This document shows, one piece after another, positions 46,565-56,339 of a stretch of 64,000 nt of DNA. Origin of the DNA: Allorhizobium sp. Its GTDB lineage: Bacteria > Pseudomonadota > Alphaproteobacteria > Rhizobiales > Rhizobiaceae. Location: positions 26,202 through 90,201 of the forward strand of contig JBJIOA010000031.1 of assembly GCA_045377275.1 (NCBI GenBank), given 5' to 3'. Numbering within the stretch: position 1 is the stretch's first letter; the number at the start of each line of letters is the position of its first letter. The notes beneath the pieces were generated by a model. It was given only the letters and a program-made list of their open reading frames with translations. It was not told the DNA's origin and did no database searches. A program made the position numbers and the translations under genes.

Positions 46565-47176
46565 ATGACCGAAATCCGCCATATCGTCTTCGACATCGGC
46601 AAGGTGCTCATCCACTACGATCCGAACCTGCCATTTTCTAGGATCATTCCCGACGCCGACGAAAGAGCGGAGTTCTTCGCGAAGGTCTGCACCCATGACT
46701 GGAACCTGGAGCAGGACCGCGGCCGCAGCTGGCATGACGCCGAAGCGCTGCTGATCGAGCAGTTCCCGGAAAAGGAAGCGCATATCCGCGCCTTCCGGAA
46801 GCACTGGGCCGAGATGGTGCCGCATGCCTATGAGGACAGCGTTTCGATCATGACCGGGCTGATCGATTCGGGACGCGATGTGACCATGCTCACCAACTTC
46901 GCCGCCGACACATTCTCCGAGGCGCGCAAGATGTATCCCTTCCTCAACCTGCCGCGCGGCGTGACCGTGTCGGGCGAGGTGGGCCTGATCAAGCCTGATG
47001 TGGCGATCTACGAGCGGCATGCGAAGGATTTCAGCCTGTCTCCGGCGCACTCCGTCTTCATCGACGACAGCTTGGCGAATGTCGAAGGCGCGCGCGCTGC
47101 CGGCTGGCAGGCGGTGCATTTTACGGGTGCGGACAAGCTGAAGGCGGATCTCGGCGCGCTGGGCGTCACTGCCTGA
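46565..47176 (+). CDS. HAD-superfamily hydrolase (subfamily IA)
   Basis: Motif I in IVFDIGKVL (hhhDxG-type). Motif III/IV …SGEVGLIKPD…FIDDSLANV…. Confidence 0.8.
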   Translation: MTEIRHIVFDIGKVLIHYDPNLPFSRIIPDADERAEFFAKVCTHDWNLEQDRGRSWHDAEALLIEQFPEKEAHIRAFRKHWAEMVPHAYEDSVSIMTGLIDSGRDVTMLTNFAADTFSEARKMYPFLNLPRGVTVSGEVGLIKPDVAIYERHAKDFSLSPAHSVFIDDSLANVEGARAAGWQAVHFTGADKLKADLGALGVTA

Positions 47177-47356
47177 AGATGGATGCTGGCGCGGGTGGAG
47201 TTGGCGGACCCCTGCCCGCGCCAGATCGATCCCTTGAGATCGAATGCAGCCCGATTAAAGGCTTCGACTTGCTCGAAGCTGATCACAAGAATGTGAAGTT
47301 ATTCTAATTGAACTGAAAATCGGCACCGGCGCGATCCAGGCGCCGCTCCGTTGTGT

Positions 47357-48490
<1,134 letters not shown>

Positions 48491-48601
48491 TTACTCACTC
48501 TTACGCTGACGCAGCACGGGATGTGAGGCTTATGGTTACCGAAGTTGGTTACTGAAGGGTGAAGACGGGATGAAATTTTGTGCGGGGGCGGGATGCTCCC
48601 T

Positions 48602-48622
48602 CTTCTCCCCGCCGGGGAGAAG
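48602..48622. repeat. C-rich/G-rich hairpin unit (same family as at 21.0 kb and 51.7-52.2 kb)
   Basis: CTTCTCCCC-GCC-GGGGAGAAG, a 9-bp perfect stem, between the yjbR-like gene and ccrM. Confidence 0.6.
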
Positions 48623-48629
48623 CGGTCCA

Positions 48630-48971
48630 TTAGCGCTCCGCATCCCAGGCCTTCACCACCGCCTTCTTCGCCTGCGCCCGCCAGACGCGGGTGAGGTTTT
48701 CGCGCGCCCATTCAATATCGAGGCGACCGGGGCGGGCGAGCACCATCGGATAGGGCCGATGATGGTCGGTGGTGAAAAAGGTATCGGGGTCCATCTCGAT
48801 CAGGTGGTCGCGCTCTTCAAAGGGGACCTTGAAGACCGGGCAGTCGTGGGGCGGGTTCCAGAACAGCATGGCCTTGCCATTGACCTTGAAGGACACGGCA
48901 CCCCAGGAGGTGGTCTCCTCCGTGGTCGGCAAAGCGAGGATGATCTGGCGCAACATATCAAGGGTGATCAT
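48630..48971 (-). CDS. MmcQ/YjbR-family protein
   Basis: Start at MITLDMLRQIILALP…. …EETTSWGAVSFKVNGKAMLF… is typical of the family. Confidence 0.7.
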   Translation of the reverse strand: MITLDMLRQIILALPTTEETTSWGAVSFKVNGKAMLFWNPPHDCPVFKVPFEERDHLIEMDPDTFFTTDHHRPYPMVLARPGRLDIEWARENLTRVWRAQAKKAVVKAWDAER

Positions 48972-49250
48972 CGAACGGCCTCCGTCAGGCAAAATTCCCA
49001 TGGATGGAGCAAGCTGTCACGACGTATGTTCCTGAGGTCGAGCGTCAGCAACGCCGGACTGCCTAGGCTCAACGCCCCATGGCCTCACCGGAAACCAGTA
49101 CAGGCGAGTAAATCACTGTACCGCAATAACTTTTTTCTTCCTGTCCCGCGGTGGGATAGATCCAGTTTTGGCCGCTCGCGCTGGTTGACGGGAATGCTCC
49201 TCTCCTGTGATCTCCCTGCACTACCGGGCTTGGATGACGAAGGGGTTCGA

Positions 49251-50474
49251 ATGCGCATGGTCCAGATTTCTATCCGTCGACTTGTTGGCTCTGCCGCGCT
49301 CTCTTTGCTGCTGTTCTCCTCGGCGCAGGCCGAAACACAATCGGTTCTCGACTGCGACCGCTATGCCGCCAGCAACAACGACACGGGAACCACTGCCGGC
49401 CGGGCGGGCGTGAGGTTCCAGGATCTGGACCCCGGAAAGGCGAAACCCGCCTGCGAGGCCGCCTATCGTGAGAACCCCGACATGGCGCGGCTTGCGTTTC
49501 AGCTCGCCCGCACCGAGGTGAAACTGCAGAACTATGAGCGCGCGAAAACGCTTCTGGAGGAAGCAGTCAGCAAGGGCTACATGCTCGCCGCCGTCGAACT
49601 CGGCTTGATCTACGATGTCGGCATGGGGGTACCCGCCGACCTGAACAAGGCGGCCGAGCTTTACAAGCAGGCGGCCGATGACGGCTGGGCCGTGGGCATG
49701 TCCAATCTGGGCGATCTCTACCGCCTCGGCTTGGGCGTCGAGCAGGATCTGCAGAAGGCACTGGAGCTTTATGAGCAGGCGATTGCGCGTGACCATACAT
49801 CGGCCCTTGGCCGAAAGGCCATGGCGCTGGCGGAGCTCTACAAGGATGGAGACGATCCAAAGCCCTTGGTCACCGCCTTGCTTCAGGCTGCGTCACTCAG
49901 TGATGGACTTGGCAGCGCGAACCTCGGCTATGCCTATCTGAACGGTCAGTACGGACTGCCGGTGGACCCGATTGCCGCTTCCGTGCACCTGAAGAGAGGC
50001 TATGATCTCGGCCAAGGCTGGGCCGGGATCTATCTGGCGCTGATCGAGATCGCCCGCTGGGACGGGGATCTGCAGGCGGCGGACAGGCTTCGCCAGATGC
50101 TGGACACAATGGCTGCGGGGACGGACAACGAGTTGCGCGCGCAGGCGCTGGCGCTCAAGGGGCAGCTGGGGCTACTCGTTGGTGCGCCGAAAGCGGACGT
50201 GGCCGATCTCATCGACCGCGCCTCTGCTCTCTTGCCGGACGATGCCATCGTACTCGACAGCCGGGCCACTCTGATGGCCGCAGAAGGCAAGTTTTCCGAG
50301 GCTGACGCCCTGCTGGAGAAGGCAACGGAGACTGCCGAAGACTGGGCTCCCTATCTCGCGAAGCGCAGTGTCATCCAGCAGAAGCTCGGCAATGCGACAC
50401 GGTCCGAGGAACTAAAGACCCTGGCTGGAAATGCCGTGGAAGGACAGTATTTCCTTCAGTTCATCGAGCCGTGA
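49251..50474 (+). CDS. secreted Sel1-repeat (TPR-like) protein
   Basis: ATG at 49251 with signal peptide …LLLFSSAQAE. Repeated units GxGVxxDxxKAxELYxQAA: GMGVPADLNKAAELYKQAADDG, GLGVEQDLQKALELYEQA. Confidence 0.8.
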   Translation: MRMVQISIRRLVGSAALSLLLFSSAQAETQSVLDCDRYAASNNDTGTTAGRAGVRFQDLDPGKAKPACEAAYRENPDMARLAFQLARTEVKLQNYERAKTLLEEAVSKGYMLAAVELGLIYDVGMGVPADLNKAAELYKQAADDGWAVGMSNLGDLYRLGLGVEQDLQKALELYEQAIARDHTSALGRKAMALAELYKDGDDPKPLVTALLQAASLSDGLGSANLGYAYLNGQYGLPVDPIAASVHLKRGYDLGQGWAGIYLALIEIARWDGDLQAADRLRQMLDTMAAGTDNELRAQALALKGQLGLLVGAPKADVADLIDRASALLPDDAIVLDSRATLMAAEGKFSEADALLEKATETAEDWAPYLAKRSVIQQKLGNATRSEELKTLAGNAVEGQYFLQFIEP

Positions 50475-50934
50475 TCTTGAACCCTCTCGGCCGCTTGCGA
50501 GCATCCTGATCCACGGGATCGAAGCGGGTAGCGAGATAGCCGCCCTCGGCCACGCTGTCGCAAAGGGCGGACCATTCGCAGCCGGAACAGGCGGTACGGA
50601 TCTCACCCGTGGCAAAGTTGGCTCGGAGCTGCTTGATCAGGGCCGATGTCGGGGTGATGCGGGTGCCTGGTGGAAGCGGGCTGCCCATCAGCCGGGCGAC
50701 GGCATCTGCCGCTTCGCGGTCCCGTTTGATGACGCTTGCACCATGGCAATGGGCCTCGGGGTCCGCAGTGAGCGGACCGCAGATATCGTCCGGCCCCGCC
50801 ACCAGCTCGATCTCCTCACCGGCCGAGAGCCTTGCGGCAATGACCTCGTAGTTCTCGACGAAGGCGGGAGAATAGCCCTTGCCGACATAGGTCAGCATGC
50901 AGAGCAGATGGTGGGCGCGGAGCCGGACGGTCAT
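50461..50934 (-). CDS. DUF1284-like Cys-rich protein
   Basis: 157 aa: MTVRLRAHHLLCMLTYVGKGYSP…HCH…CSGCEWSALC. It lies 27 bp downstream of bioY on the same strand. Confidence 0.6.
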   Translation of the reverse strand: MTVRLRAHHLLCMLTYVGKGYSPAFVENYEVIAARLSAGEEIELVAGPDDICGPLTADPEAHCHGASVIKRDREAADAVARLMGSPLPPGTRITPTSALIKQLRANFATGEIRTACSGCEWSALCDSVAEGGYLATRFDPVDQDARKRPRGFKITAR

Positions 50935-50960
50935 GCGTGTTTCAGTCGGTAGTCGATAGC

Positions 50961-51551
50961 TCAGAGGTCGAGCGGCTGCGTGTTGCGGCGGGCAAGTGCC
51001 ATGAGCAGCGCAGCGGCGAGCGCAGATTTCAAGACGGCACCCAGAATGAAGGGTGTGACGCCGAGAGCCAAGCCCTTTTCGGCACCGATCAGAGTGGCAA
51101 GCCAGGCACCGCCGATCGCAAGGCAGAGGATGTTGGCGGAGAGATGGGCGAGGAAGCTCTTGACCACATGGCTGCCCGTCCAGCCCTTGTTCGCGAGGTA
51201 ACCGGCCAGTGCTGCGATGATCGGGAAGGAGACGAGGTAGCCGGCCGTCGGACCGACAAAGGGGGCCAACCCGCCGCTGCCACCCGCCAACACCGGCAGA
51301 CCGATCATCGCCTCGCCGAGCCAAGCAAGCACAGTCAGCGCGCCCAGGCGCCAGCCGTAGAGCACGCCGATCATGGTAATGGCAAAGGTCTGCATGGTGA
51401 TCGGCACCGGCACCATGGGCACTGAAATCTGCGAGGCAAGGGCCAGCACAGCCGTTCCAAAGAGAAGAAGAGCAGCCTGCACGGGAAGCGATCGGCCTGA
51501 AATGCCGAGCGGATCGAAACCGCGAGCGGCGGGTGCCAGAATGGACGTCAT
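50961..51551 (-). CDS. bioY: biotin transporter BioY
   Basis: ATG at 51551 with GGAGA 7 nt upstream. …PVPITMQTFAITMIGVLYG…GPTAGYLVSFP… is typical of BioY. Confidence 0.9.
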   Translation of the reverse strand: MTSILAPAARGFDPLGISGRSLPVQAALLLFGTAVLALASQISVPMVPVPITMQTFAITMIGVLYGWRLGALTVLAWLGEAMIGLPVLAGGSGGLAPFVGPTAGYLVSFPIIAALAGYLANKGWTGSHVVKSFLAHLSANILCLAIGGAWLATLIGAEKGLALGVTPFILGAVLKSALAAALLMALARRNTQPLDL

Positions 51552-51565
51552 GGTCAATCTCCATT

Positions 51566-51575
51566 TTATAGATAG
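51566..51575. promoter_or_regulatory. BioR-type box (TTATAGATAG, 1 mismatch to TTATMKATAA)
   Basis: Immediately upstream of the bioY ribosome-binding site. Confidence 0.5.
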
Positions 51576-51596
51576 TTTTAATGGGCGACGAGTCTT

Positions 51597-51606
51597 TTAT
51601 CTATGG
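51597..51606. promoter_or_regulatory. BioR-type box, weaker (TTATCTATGG)
   Basis: 46-55 bp upstream of the bioY ATG; 2 mismatches at the 3' end. Confidence 0.35.
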
Positions 51607-51702
51607 AATCTACGGATGCCAAGGTGCGCAAATCAGGAATCTTGAGCGGATTAGCGCGAACGAGGCGGGAGCTGTCGACATGGCCGAAGTGCGCCACCAA
51701 TT

Positions 51703-51712
51703 TTATCTATAA
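51703..51712. promoter_or_regulatory. BioR-type box, perfect consensus (TTATCTATAA)
   Basis: About 150-160 bp upstream of the bioY ATG. Confidence 0.5.
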
Positions 51713-51749
51713 TTCTATGTTGGGAGTTCCACTCCAGCCCCTCACCCTA

Positions 51750-52188
51750 CCCTCTCCCCGCCAGCGGGGAGAGGGAGGCACGCGCGGTTGGCTTTCAGGC
51801 CTTCCCCGCGGGATAGTTCGGCTTTCCCCGCGGGCGGAGCAAGGGTCCTCTCCCAGCAGCAGGCGCAAGTGACGTTCAACGGGCGGAGCACTCGAACCCT
51901 CACCCTGAAGGGCCAGGCCACCGACATCACATCCGCCCCCGTCCTTCGAGGGGAGCATTCGCTCCCACCTCAGGATGAGGGCTGGCGTATGCCAGGCGCC
52001 GCCAACACCCTCCCCTCGATGGGGAGGGTCGGACTGCAGGTCCGGGGTGGGGTGACAGCGACGTTCGCCAGGATCAATGGCGAGGTGATTTCTCGGCTCC
52101 CAAAAGCGGCCCGTGGCGGAAGTCGGACAGGTCGGCGAGCGCCTCCACCCGCCGGTTTGCGGCGACCTCCCCCCCTCAAGGGGGAGGT
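51750..52188. repeat. cluster of C-rich/G-rich hairpin repeats in a 665-bp gene-free interval
   Basis: Hairpins: CCCTCTCCCCG-CCAG-CGGGGAGAGGG (51750-51775), GGGAGC-ATTC-GCTCCC (51951-51966), CCCTCCCC-TCGAT-GGGGAGGG (52008-52028), ACCTCCCCC-CCTCAA-GGGGGAGGT (52165-52188). Also a duplicated TTCCCCGCGGG. Confidence 0.8.
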
Positions 52189-52216
52189 GGAGTGCGGCGG
52201 AGCCGGTCGGCGACGC

Positions 52217-52909
52217 TCACCCGACGATCGCAAAGCCTTCGGTTTCGGCACGGCCCGGAGCCGGCATGGGCGCGCGGCCGATCCATTGGACGTGGCGCTC
52301 GAGAATGCGGGCGGCCTCGGCGGCATCGCCAGACTTCAGCGCTTCGAGAATGGCGCGGTGATCGTGGTCGGTGCGGGCTTCCCAGGTGGCGCGCCAGGCG
52401 ACGAAGAGGAAGCGGGCGGAGACGGCGTGGAGGTCGTCGATGACGGACAGCAGGCGCGGCATGCCGCAGGTCGAGACGATCAAACGGTGGAAGCGGCGGT
52501 TGGCTTCCTCCCAGGTGCGCACATCCTTGGCATTGTCGGCATCGGCTGCGGCCTGCTCGGCCGCAGTCAGGACGTCCGGGGTCAGATTGGGCGCGGCGTG
52601 GCGGAGTGCGAGCACTTCAAGTGCTGCGCGCATTTCGGCAACTTCGCGCACCTGTTTCAGGTCGAAGCTTGCGACCCGCACGCCACGACGGGGCAGCGAG
52701 ACGACGAGGCCTTGCGCCTCCAGCCGGCGAAAGGCCTCGCGCACCGGCACATGGCTTGCGCCGAATTCCTCGGCGATATGATCCTGGGCAAGGCGCGATC
52801 CGGGCACCAGTTCGCCATGAATGATACGCTCCGCCAGCGCGCGGCTGATGCGGCTCGCAATCGTATCCTCGGGAGAATCTTGGGGCTTTTTCGGCATGGG
52901 TATCTGCAT
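52217..52909 (-). CDS. GntR-family transcriptional regulator (FadR/FCD subfamily)
   Basis: HTH …LAQDHIAEEFGASHVPVREAFRRLEAQGLV… plus an FCD-like C-terminal domain. The start is ambiguous (ATG at 52909 or 52897). Confidence 0.85.
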   Translation of the reverse strand: MQIPMPKKPQDSPEDTIASRISRALAERIIHGELVPGSRLAQDHIAEEFGASHVPVREAFRRLEAQGLVVSLPRRGVRVASFDLKQVREVAEMRAALEVLALRHAAPNLTPDVLTAAEQAAADADNAKDVRTWEEANRRFHRLIVSTCGMPRLLSVIDDLHAVSARFLFVAWRATWEARTDHDHRAILEALKSGDAAEAARILERHVQWIGRAPMPAPGRAETEGFAIVG

Positions 52910-52968
52910 AGTCAGCGGCTGCCGGCTTGTCGAGGGAGAGGGATTGTGGCGCTCTCCCAACCCCCACC

Positions 52969-53313
52969 TCACCCATGCCGGGCGCGGCTGTCCTCCGGGG
53001 CCTCGGAACGATCCTCAAGGCCGTAGTCGCGGAGCACTTCGGCGACGCGGAGGCGGTAGGCGGCAAAAACGCCGCCGCGGCCGGCAATTTGTGCTGCGCG
53101 GTGTTCTTCCGTCTCGCGCCCGCGGCGGACGGCCTCTTCGTCGCGCCAGAAGGAGAGCGACAAGAGCTTGCCACGGATTGACAGGCTCTCGAAGCGCTCG
53201 ACGGAGAGGAACCCGTCGGTCGCCTCCAGGTGGGCGCGTAGGTCTCCCGCGAGATCGAAATAACGGTGGCGTTCACCGACAAATGGCACCACCTCGAAGA
53301 TGACGGCGATCAT
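52969..53313 (-). CDS. antibiotic-biosynthesis-monooxygenase (ABM) family protein
   Basis: MIAVIFEVVP…GFLSVERFESL…LLSLSFWRDEEAV… is the typical ABM pattern. ATGA overlap with the upstream gene. Confidence 0.75.
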   Translation of the reverse strand: MIAVIFEVVPFVGERHRYFDLAGDLRAHLEATDGFLSVERFESLSIRGKLLSLSFWRDEEAVRRGRETEEHRAAQIAGRGGVFAAYRLRVAEVLRDYGLEDRSEAPEDSRARHG

Positions 53314-53639
53314 GACTGGGCTTTTGAAGATGCGGGGTTGGAGACGTTCTTCAGGAAGAGGCGATCCTCCTCCAGGATGAAGCGGGCGTTTCTGGCGAAT
53401 TCATAGTTCGCCTTGCCGAGCGGATCGGCCGCAAGCCTTGCGCGATAGGCCTCGTAGGCCGCCAGATTCTCGATGTGGTAGATGCCGTAGGCGGTCGTTG
53501 CCGAGCCCTCATGCGGGGCGAAATGGCCGACGAGATCGGCGCCGCAGCGTGGGATCGCTTCGCCCCAGTTGCGGGCGTAAGTCGCGAAATCATCGCGGCC
53601 GAAAGGATCGATGCGGTAGCGGATGATGCAGGTGATCAT
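53310..53639 (-). CDS. NIPSNAP-family protein
   Basis: 109 aa: …FATYARNWGEAIP…AYGIYHIENLAAYEAYRARL…. Confidence 0.7.
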   Translation of the reverse strand: MITCIIRYRIDPFGRDDFATYARNWGEAIPRCGADLVGHFAPHEGSATTAYGIYHIENLAAYEAYRARLAADPLGKANYEFARNARFILEEDRLFLKNVSNPASSKAQS

Positions 53640-53807
53640 GGGTGGCTCCTCGTTTGTTGCGAGGCGGGTTTGCTATGAACGAAGGGTGGGATGCTTCGAT
53701 CGGGATCGAAGTTTTACCCGATACCTCACCTTCAACAGTTCGACCGGGATCGAAGCATTGGCTACACTGGCGAGGCAGACTGCACTTCGGAACCGGGAGA
53801 CAATCAC

Positions 53808-54494
53808 ATGGCGGAAGGTCCTGATATCGCGCGCATCGCCTCGCTGATCGGCGATCCCGCGCGTTCGAACATGCTCTTGGCGCTGCTCGGCGGCAAGGCG
53901 CTGACGGCGACGGAATTGGCGGGCGCTGCGGGTGTTACGCTGCAGACGGCGAGTTCGCATTTGTCCAAGCTCGAAGAGGGCGGGCTGCTTGCCCAGCGCA
54001 AGCAGGGGCGGCACCGCTATTTCGCGCTCGCCGATGGTCAAGTCGGCGAAATGATCGAAGGCCTGATGAGTTTTTCGGCGACGCGCGGACATCTGCGTCA
54101 TCGCACCGGGCCGAAGGAGCCGGAGCTGCGCAAGGCGCGCATCTGCTATGATCATCTGGCCGGCGATTATGGCGTGCGGATGCTCGACAGTCTCATTGCA
54201 CAAGGCGTGATCCGGGCGGAGGACGAGGCGCTGACGCTCACGACAGAGGGCGAGGCGCTGCTCGAAACTCGGGGCCTCGACATCGGCAGCCTGCGCGCCA
54301 GGCGCCGACCGCTTTGTCGCGCCTGCCTCGACTGGAGCGAACGGCGGACGCATCTCGCGGGAGGCCTCGGGGCTGCCCTGCTCACGTATTTTCTCAATCG
54401 CGGCCTTGCGCGACGGGCCGAAGACAGCAGGATCGTCAGGTTCTCGCCTGAGGGGGAGCGGCAGTTTTTGAACTGGTTTCCGCTGCTCGACTGA
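53808..54494 (+). CDS. ArsR/SmtB-family winged-helix transcriptional regulator with C-terminal extension
   Basis: ATG at 53808. …LIGDPARSNMLLALLGGKALTATELAGAAGVTLQTASSHLSKLEEGGLL…. Confidence 0.85.
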   Translation: MAEGPDIARIASLIGDPARSNMLLALLGGKALTATELAGAAGVTLQTASSHLSKLEEGGLLAQRKQGRHRYFALADGQVGEMIEGLMSFSATRGHLRHRTGPKEPELRKARICYDHLAGDYGVRMLDSLIAQGVIRAEDEALTLTTEGEALLETRGLDIGSLRARRRPLCRACLDWSERRTHLAGGLGAALLTYFLNRGLARRAEDSRIVRFSPEGERQFLNWFPLLD

Positions 54495-54579
54495 GACCTT
54501 CAGCAGCAGATATCGAATGCCTTGAAAAGAAACCAACCGTACGGTATGTTTTGCGCACATCTGTTTCGGAGCTGCGCCC

Positions 54580-54924
54580 ATGAACCCCACACTCACCGCC
54601 TATGGCGCGCTGGCTGCCGCCATCGTGCTCGAAGTCATCGGCACGACGTTGCTGCAGAAATCGGCGCAGTTCACCAAGCTTCTACCGACGGCGGGCATGG
54701 TGATGTTCTATGTCGCCTCCTTCTATCTTCTGTCCCAGGCGCTGAAGGGCATGCCGCTTGGTATCGCCTATGCGATGTGGGGTGGGCTCGGCATCGTGCT
54801 GACCGCTCTGATCAGCGTGTTCTACCTCAAGCAGAGCCTGGATCTTCCGGCGCTTGTAGGTATCGCCCTGATCGTTGCCGGCGTCATCGTGATGAACACG
54901 TTGTCGAGCACGGTGTCGCACTGA
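54580..54924 (+). CDS. SMR-family multidrug efflux transporter (EmrE/QacE-like)
   Basis: 114 aa with 4 TM helices and the conserved Glu in TM1 (…AIVLEVIGTT…). …GIAYAMWGGLGIVL…. Confidence 0.9.
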   Translation: MNPTLTAYGALAAAIVLEVIGTTLLQKSAQFTKLLPTAGMVMFYVASFYLLSQALKGMPLGIAYAMWGGLGIVLTALISVFYLKQSLDLPALVGIALIVAGVIVMNTLSSTVSH

Positions 54925-55508
54925 TGGCGGCCTCGCACTCGCGCGGAGACAAAACGCTTTCCGCCCATCACCGGAAAAAACAGCCGGAGCAGGTGCGCCG
55001 GGCTTTGTTGGACTGCGCGGCCCAAATTGCCGCCGAGCAGGGATCGTCGGCGATCACCATCCAGGCGGTAGCCGAACGGGCCGGCGTGACCAAAGGTGGG
55101 CTACTGCATCATTTCGACAGCAAGCAGGCGCTGCTGGCCGCCGTCTTTAAGGATCTTCTCGACAAGATGGATCAGGAAATCGACCGGACGCTGGCGGATG
55201 ACCCAGCGTCGCGAGGGCGCTTCACGCGGGCCTATGTGCGCGCCTGCTTTTCCGACCGCATGCTCGGCGAGCGCAGCCTCTGGGCGGCACTCTCGGTTGC
55301 GATCGTCTCGGAACCGGCGCTGCGCTCGCTCTGGTCAACATGGCTCGACGGGCGCATGGCGCGGCACTCCGAGACCGATGGCGATCCGCGGCTTGTAGCC
55401 GTCCGGCTTGCAGCCGACGGAGTTCTGGCTTGCGGACATGATGGAGAAGGCGGGCGGGCTCAGGCGCTACCCCCAGGATTTCGAGGTCGTGCTGCTCGCG
55501 ATGGCTGA
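54924..55508 (+). CDS. TetR-family transcriptional regulator (the C-terminal about 30 aa may be frameshifted)
   Basis: ATG overlaps the SMR stop (TGATG). HTH …SSAITIQAVAERAGVTKGGLLHHFDSKQALL…. Confidence 0.85.
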   Translation: MAASHSRGDKTLSAHHRKKQPEQVRRALLDCAAQIAAEQGSSAITIQAVAERAGVTKGGLLHHFDSKQALLAAVFKDLLDKMDQEIDRTLADDPASRGRFTRAYVRACFSDRMLGERSLWAALSVAIVSEPALRSLWSTWLDGRMARHSETDGDPRLVAVRLAADGVLACGHDGEGGRAQALPPGFRGRAARDG

Positions 55509-55629
55509 GGCTGGAAACTAGACGGCCCTGCGATCTTCAGCACGGCAGCCCTGCATGACGCGTGATTGTCCTTGCCTCACCGATCGTGTAGGAAGCCGCC
55601 TTCTTCACGACCACAGGACGGATGTTTCC

Positions 55630-56319
55630 ATGAGCGGCTTCGACCTCACCCTTTTCGATTGCGACGGCGTGCTCGTCGATTCCGAGATCATCGCGGCCAA
55701 GGTCGAATTGAAGCTTCTGACGGAGGCTGGTTATCCGATCTCGGTCGAGGAAATGGGCGAGCGTTTCGCCGGCATGACTTGGAAGAACATCCTGCTGTCG
55801 ATCGAGAAGGAGATCGACATTCCGCTGTCGGCGAGCCTGATCGACAAATCGGAACAGCTGCTCGACCAGAGGCTCGCCCGCGAGGTGAAGGCGATCGAAG
55901 GCGTGCAGTATGCCCTGGCGCGTCTCGCGGGGCCCCGCTGCATCTGCTCCAATTCCTCCTCGCATCGTCTCGACATGATGCTGACCAAGGTCGGCCTCAA
56001 GGAGTTCTTCGCGCCGCATATCTATTCGGCCAAGGATCTCGGTGCTGACAGGGTCAAGCCGAAGCCGGATATCTTCCTGCATGGTGCCAAGCAGTTCAAT
56101 GTCAGCCCTTCGAAGTGCATCGTCATCGAGGATTCCGTGCATGGCGTGCATGCGGCGCGCGAAGCCGGCATGCGCGTCATCGGCTTTACCGGTGCATCCC
56201 ATACCTATCCTTCGCATGCAGACCGGTTGACGGATGCCGGTGCGGAGACCGTGATTGCCCGCATGCAGGATCTGCCGGGGGTGATCGCCGCCATGGCCGA
56301 GTGGGAAGGCGCGTTCTAG
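55630..56319 (+). CDS. HAD-superfamily hydrolase (beta-phosphoglucomutase-like phosphatase)
   Basis: Motif I LFDCDGVLVDSE, motif II …CSNSS…, motif III KPKPD, motif IV IEDSVHG. Confidence 0.85.
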   Translation: MSGFDLTLFDCDGVLVDSEIIAAKVELKLLTEAGYPISVEEMGERFAGMTWKNILLSIEKEIDIPLSASLIDKSEQLLDQRLAREVKAIEGVQYALARLAGPRCICSNSSSHRLDMMLTKVGLKEFFAPHIYSAKDLGADRVKPKPDIFLHGAKQFNVSPSKCIVIEDSVHGVHAAREAGMRVIGFTGASHTYPSHADRLTDAGAETVIARMQDLPGVIAAMAEWEGAF

Positions 56320-56339
56320 TTTTATGACGATCGCCTGGC

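Noticed and set aside
47186-47224. 10-bp perfect inverted repeat (CTGGCGCGGG…CCCGCGCCAG) after the HAD gene, as a terminator.
   Set aside because: The loop is 19 nt and no U-tract follows. It may be a hairpin or protein site, but I cannot support a terminator call.
48570-49250. N-terminal 227-aa extension of the Sel1-repeat ORF (the track start is 48570).
   Set aside because: The extension overlaps the well-supported yjbR-like gene on the other strand and has off-frame-like composition. A signal peptide begins at the ATG at 49251.
52217-52909. GntR regulator as the BioR repressor for the nearby bioY boxes.
   Set aside because: It appears to be the last gene of a NIPSNAP-ABM-GntR operon, lies 660 bp from bioY, and has no BioR box of its own upstream. 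The assignment needs homology evidence I cannot generate here.
51788-53026. 412-aa ORF spanning the hairpin-repeat interval and running antisense to the GntR gene.
   Set aside because: The first part translates repeats (GEG/PPP/RRR strings). The rest is antisense to a gene with a clear GntR HTH.
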